NCBI GenBank assembly: GCA_046328125.1
Contig: JAXLXF010000004.1
Coordinates: forward strand, 118,280 to 182,279
Direction of reading: 5' to 3'
Length of the DNA: 64,000 bases
Source of the DNA: Chloroflexota bacterium
GTDB lineage: Bacteria > Chloroflexota > UBA6077 > JACCZL01
Shown here: positions 35,952-44,923 of the stretch, piece after piece
How the letters are laid out: every line of letters begins with the position of its first letter
Numbering within the stretch: the stretch's first letter is position 1
Notes under the pieces: generated by a model
Told to the model about the DNA's origin: nothing
Databases searched by the model: none
What the model saw: only the letters and a program-made list of their open reading frames with translations
Translations under genes and position numbers: made by a program

Positions 35952-37700
35952 CTACTGTGCCGATTCCCACTCGAAGGCGTTCCAGGTGTCCGCGACCCGC
36001 ACCGAGCTGGTCGGACGATACCCCTTGACGCTCGACCTGACGAGATGGATCAGGTCATGGGAGAAGAGGGGCAGGGCCGGCAGGTCTTCCATGAACAGCT
36101 TCTGATGCTCCCGGTAGGCGGCGAGGCGCTCGTCGTCCGATGGTGTGCTGCGCGCCTTCGCCAGCAGCTCGTCGGCGCGCGGGTTCTTCCAGCCGAAGTA
36201 ATTCTCGCCGGTCATGCCGTTCGCCTGGCTCGGGATCTGGCTGGAGTGGAGCATCGTGTAGCCGCCGGCGGCGTCCATCGTGCTGACCTGCCAGACGATC
36301 GCGTCGAAGTCGCGGCGGCTGATGACGCCCGCGCCCTTCTTGCCGAACACGAGGTCGGTTGGCTGAAGCGTGATGGTGGCGTTGACGCCGATCGCCTTCC
36401 AGTCCCGCGCGATGGCTTGCATGTACAGCTCGCGCTGGCGATCCTCGGTGCGGCCCCAGAAGGTGATCTCGAAGCGCTGTCCGTCCTTTTGGAGGACGCC
36501 GTCCGAGCCGGGCGTCCAGCCGCCGTCTTTCAGGAGCGCCTTTGCGCCGTCCTGGCCGCCGGTGGGGGCGGGCAGGTCTGGCACGTAGGCCGGGCTGGCG
36601 GCCGTCATCCAGCTGTTCAGCACACCCACCCTGCCGTGCAGGATCGCCTCGTTCATCCCCTTGCGGTCGAGCGCCATCAGGAGGGCACGCCGCACGCGAA
36701 CGTCGGACAGGATCGGGCGGTCCACGTTCAGTCCGACGATCAGGGTGCTGGTGCTGGGCCGCACGATGACCTGATGCCTGCCGTCGGCGGCGAATTTCTC
36801 CAGCTCCGGCAGGAGGTCGGCGCCGGTGTAGCCGAACATCGTGATCTCCTGCTGGCCGGCCTTCGCCTGCGCGAACATCGCGTTGCTGTCGGCGGCCACC
36901 TTCATCACCACGGTCGGCGTCTTCGGCGGACCGGCCCAGTACTTCGGGTTCGCCTCGAACAGGGCGTACTCGTTCGGCCGAAACTCCTTCAGCCTGTACG
37001 GGCCGGCGTGGACCGGTTTCGTGGCATGCTCGCTCTTGAGCAACTGGGCCGGCGGGATGCCGCTCCAGAGGTGTTTCGGGTACGGCTCGCCGACCCGCGC
37101 GAAGTCCGGGTCGAAGGCGCCCGGCTTGAACACGAATTCGGCGGTCTGGGCGTCCGGGATCTTGACCTCGTCCACCTTGCCGACCAGCGAGCGGTCGATC
37201 AGCGGGAAGTCAGGCGTGCGCTGGAGCTCGAAGGCGAAGGCAACGTCCGCCGAGGTCAACGGGGTGCCGTCCTGCCACGTCAGCCCGTCTCTGAGGTGAT
37301 AGGTCACCCGCAACCGCCGCGCGGCGCCCTCGCCGTCGAAGCGTGCGCCGCCGTTCGAGAGCGAGGGCACTTCCTTCGCCAGCCTCGGGACCAGGATGCC
37401 GTCGGCATCCGGCATCACCAGCCAGTCGCCGGTCAGCGCATCGACCTTACTGAGGTTGCTCCAGCCGTTCGGGACGCCCCACAGCAGGCTTGGGGGGAGG
37501 GCGAGCTGGGTTGCGGTGAGGATGTCGGCGCGCTTGCCGCCAGCTGGGGCCGCCTGGGTCGGGGCCGGAGCGGATTGGGCGGCGGGCTTCGCGGCCGGTG
37601 GCAATGGGCTCGCCTGTGGACCACAAGCGAGGGTGAGGCCAGCCCCCAGGCCAGCCACGAGCGCCAGGTACCGTCGCCTGCTGAGCCGGGTCATGCCCAT
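35952..37700 (-). CDS. ABC transporter substrate-binding protein, family 5 (peptide/nickel/opine type), Tat signal + lipobox
   Basis: MGMTRLSRRRYLALVAGLGAGLTLAC followed by an SBP_bac_5-like body. GAGGGA lies 6 nt upstream of the ATG at 37700. Confidence 0.85.
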   Translation of the reverse strand: MGMTRLSRRRYLALVAGLGAGLTLACGPQASPLPPAAKPAAQSAPAPTQAAPAGGKRADILTATQLALPPSLLWGVPNGWSNLSKVDALTGDWLVMPDADGILVPRLAKEVPSLSNGGARFDGEGAARRLRVTYHLRDGLTWQDGTPLTSADVAFAFELQRTPDFPLIDRSLVGKVDEVKIPDAQTAEFVFKPGAFDPDFARVGEPYPKHLWSGIPPAQLLKSEHATKPVHAGPYRLKEFRPNEYALFEANPKYWAGPPKTPTVVMKVAADSNAMFAQAKAGQQEITMFGYTGADLLPELEKFAADGRHQVIVRPSTSTLIVGLNVDRPILSDVRVRRALLMALDRKGMNEAILHGRVGVLNSWMTAASPAYVPDLPAPTGGQDGAKALLKDGGWTPGSDGVLQKDGQRFEITFWGRTEDRQRELYMQAIARDWKAIGVNATITLQPTDLVFGKKGAGVISRRDFDAIVWQVSTMDAAGGYTMLHSSQIPSQANGMTGENYFGWKNPRADELLAKARSTPSDDERLAAYREHQKLFMEDLPALPLFSHDLIHLVRSSVKGYRPTSSVRVADTWNAFEWESAQ

Positions 37701-37796
37701 CGAGTATCCCTCTCGCACGCCAACTGAACGAAACGAGTTGTGAGCAACGATGCAAGTGTACTGTCAGTGCATCTAGCGGGCAACGCCGGTCCGCGC

Positions 37797-37876
37797 GAGG
37801 GGTGTGCGTCAGAGCTTTGCGGCTAGCCCGGCAGGGGGCGCGATTCATCGCGCCCCAACGAAGTGACGCACACCTC
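37797..37876. repeat. nested palindrome, family R3, copy 1
   Basis: The inner hairpin is ggggcgcgattcatcgcgcccc (37835-37856). The outer arms are gaggggtgtgcgtca (37797-37811) and tgacgcacacctc (37864-37876). Confidence 0.85.
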
Positions 37877-37969
37877 CGCGCGAGCGATGGTGTGGGTGTC
37901 GGGCGTAACAAACCAACAGTGCCGGTACCTCTGTCAGCAGGATCACGCCGTTGACAGAGGAGAGCAAAG

Positions 37970-39496
37970 ATGCTGGCGAAGGTCTGGACCTGTGCGGTCA
38001 TCGGGCTGGAGGGCGAGCTCGTCCAGGTCGAGGTGGACATCGCCCGACAGGGATTGGTCAAACTGACCATCGTCGGGCTGCCGGACACGGCGGTCCAGGA
38101 GGCCGGCGAACGGGTCAGGGCGGCGGTCCGAAACAGCGGACACGTCTTTCCGCCCCGGCGGATCACCGTCAATCTGGCTCCGGCCGAGATGCGCAAGTCC
38201 GGCCCAGCCTACGACCTGCCGATCGCCATCGGGGTGCTGCTGGCGTCCGAGCAGATCGTGACCGACGCCTCGAAGGTGGTGTTCCTGGGCGAATTGTCGC
38301 TGGACGGCACGCTCCGCCACCTCCAGGGCGTCCTGCCGATGGTCGGGCTGGCCCGCGAGCGGGGGATGCGCACGGTGTACGTGCCGGCCGTGGATGCCGC
38401 CGAGGCGTCGTTGGTGGACGGGATCGACGTCATCCCGGTCCAGACCCTCGCCGAGCTGGTGGCGCACCTCAAAGGCGAGCGGCTGCTGAAGCCGGTCACG
38501 GGCGGCGCCCCGGTCGAGACTGCGGACCATCCCGAACCGGCCGTGGACCTAGCGCACGTCAAGGGGCAGGAGCACGCCCGCCGCGCGCTGGAGGTGGCGG
38601 CGGCCGGCGCCCACAACCTCTTGCTTGGTGGTCCGCCGGGGACGGGCAAGACCCTGCTCGCGCGGGCCATCCCGTCGATTCTGCCCCGGATGACGCTGGA
38701 CGAAGCGCTGGAAGTGACCCGCATCTACTCGGTGGCGGGCCGCCTCCACGAGCACGGCTCGCTGGTCCGGCGCCGGCCGTTCAGGGCGCCCCACCACACG
38801 ATCAGCCCGGCCGGGCTGGTCGGCGGTGGCGTGGGGTGGGCGCGGCCGGGCGAGCTCTCGCTGGCCCATCGCGGCGTCCTGTTCCTGGACGAGATGCCGG
38901 AGCTGTCGCACACGGTTCTGGAAGTGATGCGCCAGCCGCTCGAAGACGGCGTCGTCTCGATCGGGCGGGCGCGCGGGACGGTGGTGTTCCCGGCCAGGTT
39001 CATGCTGGTGGGGGCGATGAACCCGTGCCCATGCGGGTATTTCGGGGATCCGACGAGAGCCTGCACCTGCCAGACCGTCGCGGTGGACCGCTATCAGAAG
39101 CGCCTCTCCGGGCCGCTGCTGGACCGGATCGACCTCCACGTCGAGGTGCCGCGCGTCGAGTACGAGAAGCTGGCGGCGGACACCGTCGCGGAGTCGTCGG
39201 CGGTGGTGCGCGAGCGGGTCGAGATGGCGAGGGCTCGCCAGTGGGCGCGCTTCGCGGGGAGCCGGGTGGCGGCCAACGCCGAGATGGGCATCCGCGAGCT
39301 GAAGCTGTACTGCGCGCTCGACGCGGCAGGCGAGGCGCTGCTGAAGGCGGCGGTCCACCGGCTCGGATTGTCGGCGCGGGCATACCACCGCGTCCTGAAG
39401 GTGGCGCGGACCATCGCCGACCTGGCCGGGGCGGACCGGATCGGGCCGGCGCACCTGGCCGAGGCGATCCAGTACCAGCGCCGCTCGGAGCGCTGA
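37970..39496 (+). CDS. comM: YifB/ComM-family Mg-chelatase-like ATPase
   Basis: Full-length similarity. Features include the Lon-like N-terminus (DLPIAIGVL), Walker A GPPGTGKT, FLDE and the C-terminal ARAYHRVLKVARTIADL. Confidence 0.9.
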   Translation: MLAKVWTCAVIGLEGELVQVEVDIARQGLVKLTIVGLPDTAVQEAGERVRAAVRNSGHVFPPRRITVNLAPAEMRKSGPAYDLPIAIGVLLASEQIVTDASKVVFLGELSLDGTLRHLQGVLPMVGLARERGMRTVYVPAVDAAEASLVDGIDVIPVQTLAELVAHLKGERLLKPVTGGAPVETADHPEPAVDLAHVKGQEHARRALEVAAAGAHNLLLGGPPGTGKTLLARAIPSILPRMTLDEALEVTRIYSVAGRLHEHGSLVRRRPFRAPHHTISPAGLVGGGVGWARPGELSLAHRGVLFLDEMPELSHTVLEVMRQPLEDGVVSIGRARGTVVFPARFMLVGAMNPCPCGYFGDPTRACTCQTVAVDRYQKRLSGPLLDRIDLHVEVPRVEYEKLAADTVAESSAVVRERVEMARARQWARFAGSRVAANAEMGIRELKLYCALDAAGEALLKAAVHRLGLSARAYHRVLKVARTIADLAGADRIGPAHLAEAIQYQRRSER

Positions 39497-39537
39497 CCGA
39501 TGCGTAGGGGACGTACAATGACCGAGGAGGCAGAGCG

Positions 39538-40110
39538 ATGGCCGTGTCGGTGCCGCGACGGCTGTTCACCGTCGACGAGTATTACAAGATGGCGAAGGTG
39601 GGCATCCTCAAGCCCGACGAGCGCGTCGAGCTGCTCGACGGCGAGATCGTCAGGATGAACGCGATCGGCTCGCCACACGCCTGGTGCGTCATTCGCCTCA
39701 ATCGGCAGTTCTCGGCGTTTCCCGACCAGTGCCTCGTCAGCGTCCAGGCTCCGCTCCGGCTGGGCGACCGGTCCGAGCCGGAGCCGGACATCGTCTTGCT
39801 TCAGCTCGACACGCCGGAAGACCGACATCCGCAGCCACAAGACGTCTTCCTGGTCATCGAGGTAGCGGACAGCTCAATCCAGATCGACCGACGCCGGAAG
39901 CTGCCGATGTACGCGCGGGCCGGCATCCCTGAATACTGGATCGTCGATCTGAACGCGGACCGGATCGAGGTGTACCGCGACCCGCTCCGCGCCCGGTACC
40001 GGTCCGTCTCCATCCTCGGGCGCGGCAGCACCGTGAGCCCGTCGTTCGCGCCGGACCTCGTGGTGGACGTGAGCCGCATCCTCGGGCAGGCCCGCGCCGA
40101 GCAGGAGTAG
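39538..40110 (+). CDS. Uma2-family (DUF820) PD-(D/E)xK endonuclease, paralogue 1
   Basis: FTVDEYYKMAKVGIL..RVELLDGEIV, EPEPDIV, LVIEVADSS and KLPMYARAGIPEYWIVDL are hallmark Uma2 motifs. Confidence 0.85.
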   Translation: MAVSVPRRLFTVDEYYKMAKVGILKPDERVELLDGEIVRMNAIGSPHAWCVIRLNRQFSAFPDQCLVSVQAPLRLGDRSEPEPDIVLLQLDTPEDRHPQPQDVFLVIEVADSSIQIDRRRKLPMYARAGIPEYWIVDLNADRIEVYRDPLRARYRSVSILGRGSTVSPSFAPDLVVDVSRILGQARAEQE

Positions 40111-40211
40111 CGCTCGGACGCGAGCCATGCCGTCAGGTTGAGCGGATGGGTGGGAGCGTGGCCGGACGAGAGACCGCGTCAGGCCACGCCGTCCGTGGCC
40201 CGACGGCGCCG

Positions 40212-41249
40212 TCAGACGTTGACCGGCGTCTGGCTCAGCGCCAGCAGGAAGGCATCCTGGGCTGCCAGCCCGTTGAAGTCACGATCGGTGAGGCCGAACT
40301 GCTCCACCATCCGGTCCGAGTAGCAGAACTGGATCGCATCGCCGACCGCGTCCAGCCTGACGAGGGTCCGAACCATGTTCCCGATGTACTCGGCCTGCCC
40401 CGCCCGAGCCTCGGGTGAGCCCAGCGGCCCGCCGCCGATCTCGTCAGGCGCGCTCGCCTGGGCGGCCGGCTGCGCCTTGATGCGGCGGATGTAGTCGCCG
40501 AAATCCTCGGGCGCCTCCACCGTGTCGGGCGGGCTCGGCGGGCGTGGCTCGAAGTCCTTGACGGGTGCGCCCCATTCGGTGATGTGGAGCGACTTGTCCG
40601 GCCGATGTGCGTCCAGCCAGTCCCGGTACTCGCGCACCTTGTGGTCCACCCGCCCGAACGGCCCGCCCTGGCTCTCTGGGAACGGCAGCCCGGGGCTCTG
40701 CCCATACGGGTGGATGGCGATGCCGTTCACCCAGTCCAGGTTGACCGGCTTATTGTGCTCGTTCCAGTCGTAGTGGGCGAGGGCCGAGGTGACCTTCAGC
40801 TCGTGGCTCCTGAATCTGTTGACCCACTCAGGCTCGTCGCCGGCGAGCCAGCCGGGCAGCCCGCTGGCGAGCCCGCCGGCCGAGATCTTCGCGTCTGGCC
40901 CGAGGCGGTCGCGGGCGGTGAGCAGGAGCCGCTCGTACGTCCCCGGCGCCAGCGTCCAGCTGGAGTCGCTGACGATGTCCGGCTCGTTGCCGGCCTCCCA
41001 CCAGTCCACCAGCGAGAAGTACCGGCGCCTGTACTCGTCGAACGCGTCGGGCCAGTTGTCGAAGCCGGCAAAGCTCTCGCTCGCCATCGTCAGCCAGATC
41101 CGAATGCCGGCCTGGCGCAGCTGCTCGAAGTATGCCGTGTCGTCCTCGGGCTTGTGCGCCACCACGCGCACCGCCGAGATGCCGAGGCTCTGGAGCCCCG
41201 TGATTGGAATCCCGCCACCGTACGAGATGTTCGTGCCGATTCGGCCCAT
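40212..41249 (-). CDS. glycoside hydrolase-like TIM-barrel protein (clan GH-A-like)
   Basis: Starting at MGRIGTNISYGG, with WWEAGNEPD (acid/base-like) and LHITEWG (nucleophile-like). GGGGAGGG lies upstream of the ATG at 41249. The rest of the track ORF 40212-42533 was discarded. Confidence 0.6.
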   Translation of the reverse strand: MGRIGTNISYGGGIPITGLQSLGISAVRVVAHKPEDDTAYFEQLRQAGIRIWLTMASESFAGFDNWPDAFDEYRRRYFSLVDWWEAGNEPDIVSDSSWTLAPGTYERLLLTARDRLGPDAKISAGGLASGLPGWLAGDEPEWVNRFRSHELKVTSALAHYDWNEHNKPVNLDWVNGIAIHPYGQSPGLPFPESQGGPFGRVDHKVREYRDWLDAHRPDKSLHITEWGAPVKDFEPRPPSPPDTVEAPEDFGDYIRRIKAQPAAQASAPDEIGGGPLGSPEARAGQAEYIGNMVRTLVRLDAVGDAIQFCYSDRMVEQFGLTDRDFNGLAAQDAFLLALSQTPVNV

Positions 41250-41455
41250 GGTGCCCTCCCCGAGGCGTGAACGGGCGATCGCGCCGGCCCTCTTTCTCCA
41301 TCCAGGCTCGCACACCGATGCGCGGACCCGGCCCCCGTGGAGCGAGGCGCCTGGACAGGCGTGCGGTCCAGGCTCGCGCCGACGAGACCAGCTTACCAGC
41401 CGCCGCGCGCGAAAAGTGTGTGCCAGATCACAGACAGGCGAGCTCCGCGTCTTTC

Positions 41456-43762
41456 CTAGACCGATCTCACGCGTGAGCGGGCCGCGGCGCCGTCCTGGTG
41501 CCCGGAATGCGCACCGTGGAGGGCGTCCAGGGCGGCGCTGGCGGCGACGTGCAGCTCCCTGACGAAACCGCCCAGGTAGTCCACGCCCTGGCTCTCCGCC
41601 TCCGAGTACAGCGGGTTCATGACGGTCGAGCGGAGGACGAACAGGCCGTGCGACTCGTACTCGGCTGGAGTGACGCCGAGGTGGTCCAGGACACGGCGGA
41701 TCGAGTGGGCGGCGTACTGGCCCTGCCGAAACCAGGTCCGAGAGACGAAGTACGGCTGCCCGTACGGCAGGCGCGGCCCGTCCTCGGTGCCGGAGAGACT
41801 GAGGGCGCGGTAGATGCGCTCGTTGAGCTCGTTGACGCGAGGCAGCTCTAGCGGAGCGCGGACCAGCTCGTCGCCGCGTCGGGCCAGCGGGACCGCCACG
41901 AAGCAGACGATGTTGGTGTCTGGCGTGGCGAGCGGCACGAACGTGAACGGGTGCTTGCATTGCTGTTCGCCGAAGCACTCGCGGTCGATCTGGGCGAACA
42001 GCTTGCGGTGATAGTCCAGCAATCGCTTCAGCTTCTGGGCGCTGAGGAGGGCGTTGCGGATCATCCGACCGTGGTGGGCGTGATCCAGCGGGATCGTCTT
42101 GTGGGCGAGCCAGCAGGCGGTGGCGGCGGCGCCGGGCTTGCTGCCCTCCAGGATGAACGGGCCGACGGCGTCCACCTGAACTGGCTGGTCGAGGGGGGCG
42201 ACGCCGCCGGACACGTCGGAGATGTACTGGGCTTGCTGAACGACGAGGTCGGTGACGACGCCCTGCTTGAAGGCGACCAGCCCGGCCGGATACGGGATGT
42301 AGCCGAGCTTGTGGGGGTCCACAGTGGTGGAGTCGGCGTCCACCATCGCCAGGAAGGCGGCGCAGACGTCCGGATCGCTCCAACCGACTTGCAGCGTCCA
42401 GCCCGGCGAGGCGGACGGTCCGGCGACCGTCTGGGGCCGGTCGCGGCCACCGCCGGCGGGGCTCTGGGGCCGGTCGCGGGCACTGACCGAGGCGATCCTG
42501 AGCCGGTCCCGCGCGCCGATGGTGTCGATCCACTCGCGTGCGATCTCCTCGATGGGCCGCTTGCCGGTGAGGCGGCGCTCGCGGCGCTCGTGTCCTCGGA
42601 ACAACGTCCGGACGTACCCGCCCCAGGCCGCGTCCACGTGGAGCCAGAAGGAGCGGTTGCGCTCGCGCTGGAGGTCGTCGCGCAGGAACTTGATCTCGTG
42701 GATCGGATCGACGGCGCCCTCTTCGGTGGTGCCGACGATCCCGACGACGGCGGCGATGTAGTCGCGCTCGTCCAGGTCGAACAGCATCGCGCGGAGCTGG
42801 CGAGCGTCCAGGCGGAAGCGGTCGGTGACGGGGACGGGGCAGATGGCGTCTTCGCCGTAGCCGAGCAGGTCGGCGGCCTTCTTGACCGAGTAGTGGGCAG
42901 CCTCCGAGACGAACATGCGCGGCTGCATTCCCAGGTGGGCGACGACGGTGGCGAATCCCCGGCGCTTGACGTTGTAGGCGCTCGCGGCGATGAACGCCTC
43001 CAGCTCGGCGCGGACGGCTTCGTGGGGCTGGCCGAGGTCATGGACGAGGTGGCGCACCAGCCGGCGCAGCATGAAGATCGCCTCGTTGGGGCGCAGGTCG
43101 ATGGTCTGGCGGTCAGTCAGGCTCCGGAGCGGGGCACCTTCGCCGTTCGCCTGCTTGACTTCGAAGGTGAGGTCGTGCTCCCGTGCGTACTCCCGCGCGA
43201 TGAACGGCACGAACTGGGCGGCCCTGGCGACCCACAACGCTTCGAGATTGGCGACGGTGCCACCGGAGCAGAGGTGCGCCCAGGCAGTGCGCGGGTTGTA
43301 CCCTAGCATCTCCGCGACCATCCGACCCACTTCGAGCTCCAGCTTGACGGTGACGGGGGCGGCCTCGTCGGTGACGTTGTTCGGGTTGTAGAGCATGCCC
43401 GCGAAGTAGCCGAGGACGCTGGGGAGGGTCTGCTCGGAGAGCATGTGGGCGATGTAGCGGGGTGAGAAGAACGGGTAGTGGGCCTTGAGCTGGTTGAGGG
43501 TGGCATCGACCTGGGTGGTGAGCTCGTCGGTCCAGGCAGCGTGCTCGGCGGAGCGGCGGCTCAGCCGCGTGATGACGGCGCGGTCGTCGGGGCGGTAGTT
43601 GCGGCGCCAGTGGACGTAGTCCTGGAAGACGTAGGAGAGGAGCTCGAACCAGAGATCGGCGTGCTCGGCTTTGGGGCCGAGGAACCACGCAGAGAGGGGC
43701 GGGGCGCTGGCGGGCGACGGCGCGTCTGCCAATGGGGGCTGGTCTGGTTGACCGTCGAACAT
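41456..43762 (-). CDS. group II PLP-dependent decarboxylase, tyrosine-decarboxylase-like, unusually long (768 aa)
   Basis: The N-terminal WFLGPKAEHADLW...WRRNYRPDD is like the enterococcal TyrDC family. CSGGTVANLEALWVAR, HVDAAWGGY and DPHKLGYIPYPAG (PLP Lys) are present. A Pro/Arg-rich insert carries a 33-nt in-frame tandem duplication. Confidence 0.8.
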   Translation of the reverse strand: MFDGQPDQPPLADAPSPASAPPLSAWFLGPKAEHADLWFELLSYVFQDYVHWRRNYRPDDRAVITRLSRRSAEHAAWTDELTTQVDATLNQLKAHYPFFSPRYIAHMLSEQTLPSVLGYFAGMLYNPNNVTDEAAPVTVKLELEVGRMVAEMLGYNPRTAWAHLCSGGTVANLEALWVARAAQFVPFIAREYAREHDLTFEVKQANGEGAPLRSLTDRQTIDLRPNEAIFMLRRLVRHLVHDLGQPHEAVRAELEAFIAASAYNVKRRGFATVVAHLGMQPRMFVSEAAHYSVKKAADLLGYGEDAICPVPVTDRFRLDARQLRAMLFDLDERDYIAAVVGIVGTTEEGAVDPIHEIKFLRDDLQRERNRSFWLHVDAAWGGYVRTLFRGHERRERRLTGKRPIEEIAREWIDTIGARDRLRIASVSARDRPQSPAGGGRDRPQTVAGPSASPGWTLQVGWSDPDVCAAFLAMVDADSTTVDPHKLGYIPYPAGLVAFKQGVVTDLVVQQAQYISDVSGGVAPLDQPVQVDAVGPFILEGSKPGAAATACWLAHKTIPLDHAHHGRMIRNALLSAQKLKRLLDYHRKLFAQIDRECFGEQQCKHPFTFVPLATPDTNIVCFVAVPLARRGDELVRAPLELPRVNELNERIYRALSLSGTEDGPRLPYGQPYFVSRTWFRQGQYAAHSIRRVLDHLGVTPAEYESHGLFVLRSTVMNPLYSEAESQGVDYLGGFVRELHVAASAALDALHGAHSGHQDGAAARSRVRSV

Positions 43763-44081
43763 CTCTGGCTCCCGCTGGCAGGATAGTCCATCAGCGGTTG
43801 CCGAGGTGCGGGTCAGGAAGCCTCGAGCCTTCCCGCCTCATACGATTCTCGCGACAAAACGGATTGCGGGTGCGGCTGTTCAAATCCAAACATGGTGGGT
43901 GTCCAGTGCTGGACACGACGTGCCAACCGCCGTCCGTACGCTGTTTGTAGAAGCCTGTGGCGGGCGCCGGGCTTCGGTGAATGGGCCGCACTGACGCGGC
44001 CCTCGGCGAATGGGCGCCGTTCACGCTCTGCGCTGAGCCATGCCTCCGATCTGCTCGCCCGTCTCGGATCGAGCATCAACT

Positions 44082-44639
44082 ATGAAAGGCACGACCATGT
44101 CGAACACCCTGAGGAGCAGAACCGCGATACGCTTGGTGGCGATCTCCGCCTTCGCCCTTTCGCTGCTTCCGTCGGCGCTCGGGCCGGCCACGACGGCTGC
44201 CGCTGCGCCCCTGACCGGCAGTGCCTCGGACGCTGCGAGCGACGTCCGGGCTGCCGGTTTCCCCGATCTCACACCAGTCGAGATCAAGGTGCTCAACGTG
44301 CCGGGCAGCTCCCAGCGTCTCCTTTGCGTCGCCATACAGAACGTCGGCACGGGCAACGCCGGCCCGTTTGACGTCGAATTCAAGATTGACGGCGTGGTGC
44401 CGCCAGGCGGCATTGCGAGCGCCGGAAAGCTGGACGCTGGAAAGAGCGGCGAGCTGTGCATCCAGACCACTCTGCCGGCAAGTGGTCTGCACATGCTGTC
44501 GGCAGTCGTGGATTCGACGAACGCGGTTGCGGAGTCGAACGAGACCAACAACACCAAGTCCGTGCGCGTCTTCCTGGGGACACTTGTCCACGATCTCACC
44601 GCTCCGAAGCCCTCAGCGGGGATCAGCCCGGCCCCCTGA
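44082..44639 (+). CDS. secreted CARDB-domain protein
   Basis: The signal peptide is followed by PDLTPVEIKV...VAIQNVGTGNAGPFDVEF...LDAGKSGEL...LSAVVDSTNAVAESNETNN, which is the classic CARDB pattern. The start is ATG 44082 or 44097. Confidence 0.75.
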   Translation: MKGTTMSNTLRSRTAIRLVAISAFALSLLPSALGPATTAAAAPLTGSASDAASDVRAAGFPDLTPVEIKVLNVPGSSQRLLCVAIQNVGTGNAGPFDVEFKIDGVVPPGGIASAGKLDAGKSGELCIQTTLPASGLHMLSAVVDSTNAVAESNETNNTKSVRVFLGTLVHDLTAPKPSAGISPAP

Positions 44640-44700
44640 CACGCTGATGGCGTCAAGCCATTCGAGGGGCGAAACGACGGTGTGTGCGGCAGTTCTCTGT

Positions 44701-44722
44701 GGGGCGCGATTCATCGTGCCCC
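44701..44722. repeat. hairpin repeat, family R3, copy 2
   Basis: ggggcgcgattcatcgtgcccc matches 37835-37856 at 21 of 22 positions. It lies just after the CARDB gene stop. Confidence 0.8.
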
Positions 44723-44923
44723 AGTGTTTTGGCTCGGCAAGACTCTGACGCGCACCCGCGCCAACGGTCGGGATTGACGGGAGGGTGGCGACCGGGTAGG
44801 CTCCGGGCATCGGCACAGCGCACGAGGGGCAGCACAAGGGCACAGCATGACGACCCAGGTGACGCACCCGACGTAGGTCCGCATCGGTATGTGGAGGCGT
44901 ACAATGACCGAGGAGGCAGACCG

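Noticed and set aside
35850-37727. 625-aa + ORF antisense to the family-5 SBP. Similar cases are 59050-60480 (+), 60850-62088 (-), 45070-45825 (+) and 48928-49548 (-)
   Set aside because: All are antisense to genes with clear signatures and have GC-artefact composition.
41250-42533. Upstream 430 codons of ORF 40212-42533
   Set aside because: It is antisense to and out of frame with the TyrDC-like decarboxylase. The composition is Arg/Pro-rich. The GH-like protein starts at MGRIGTN with a strong SD sequence.
43870-43890. tRNA T-loop-like string ctgttcaaatcc in the decarboxylase to CARDB intergenic region
   Set aside because: The flanks cannot form the T-stem, acceptor or anticodon arms, so there is no cloverleaf.
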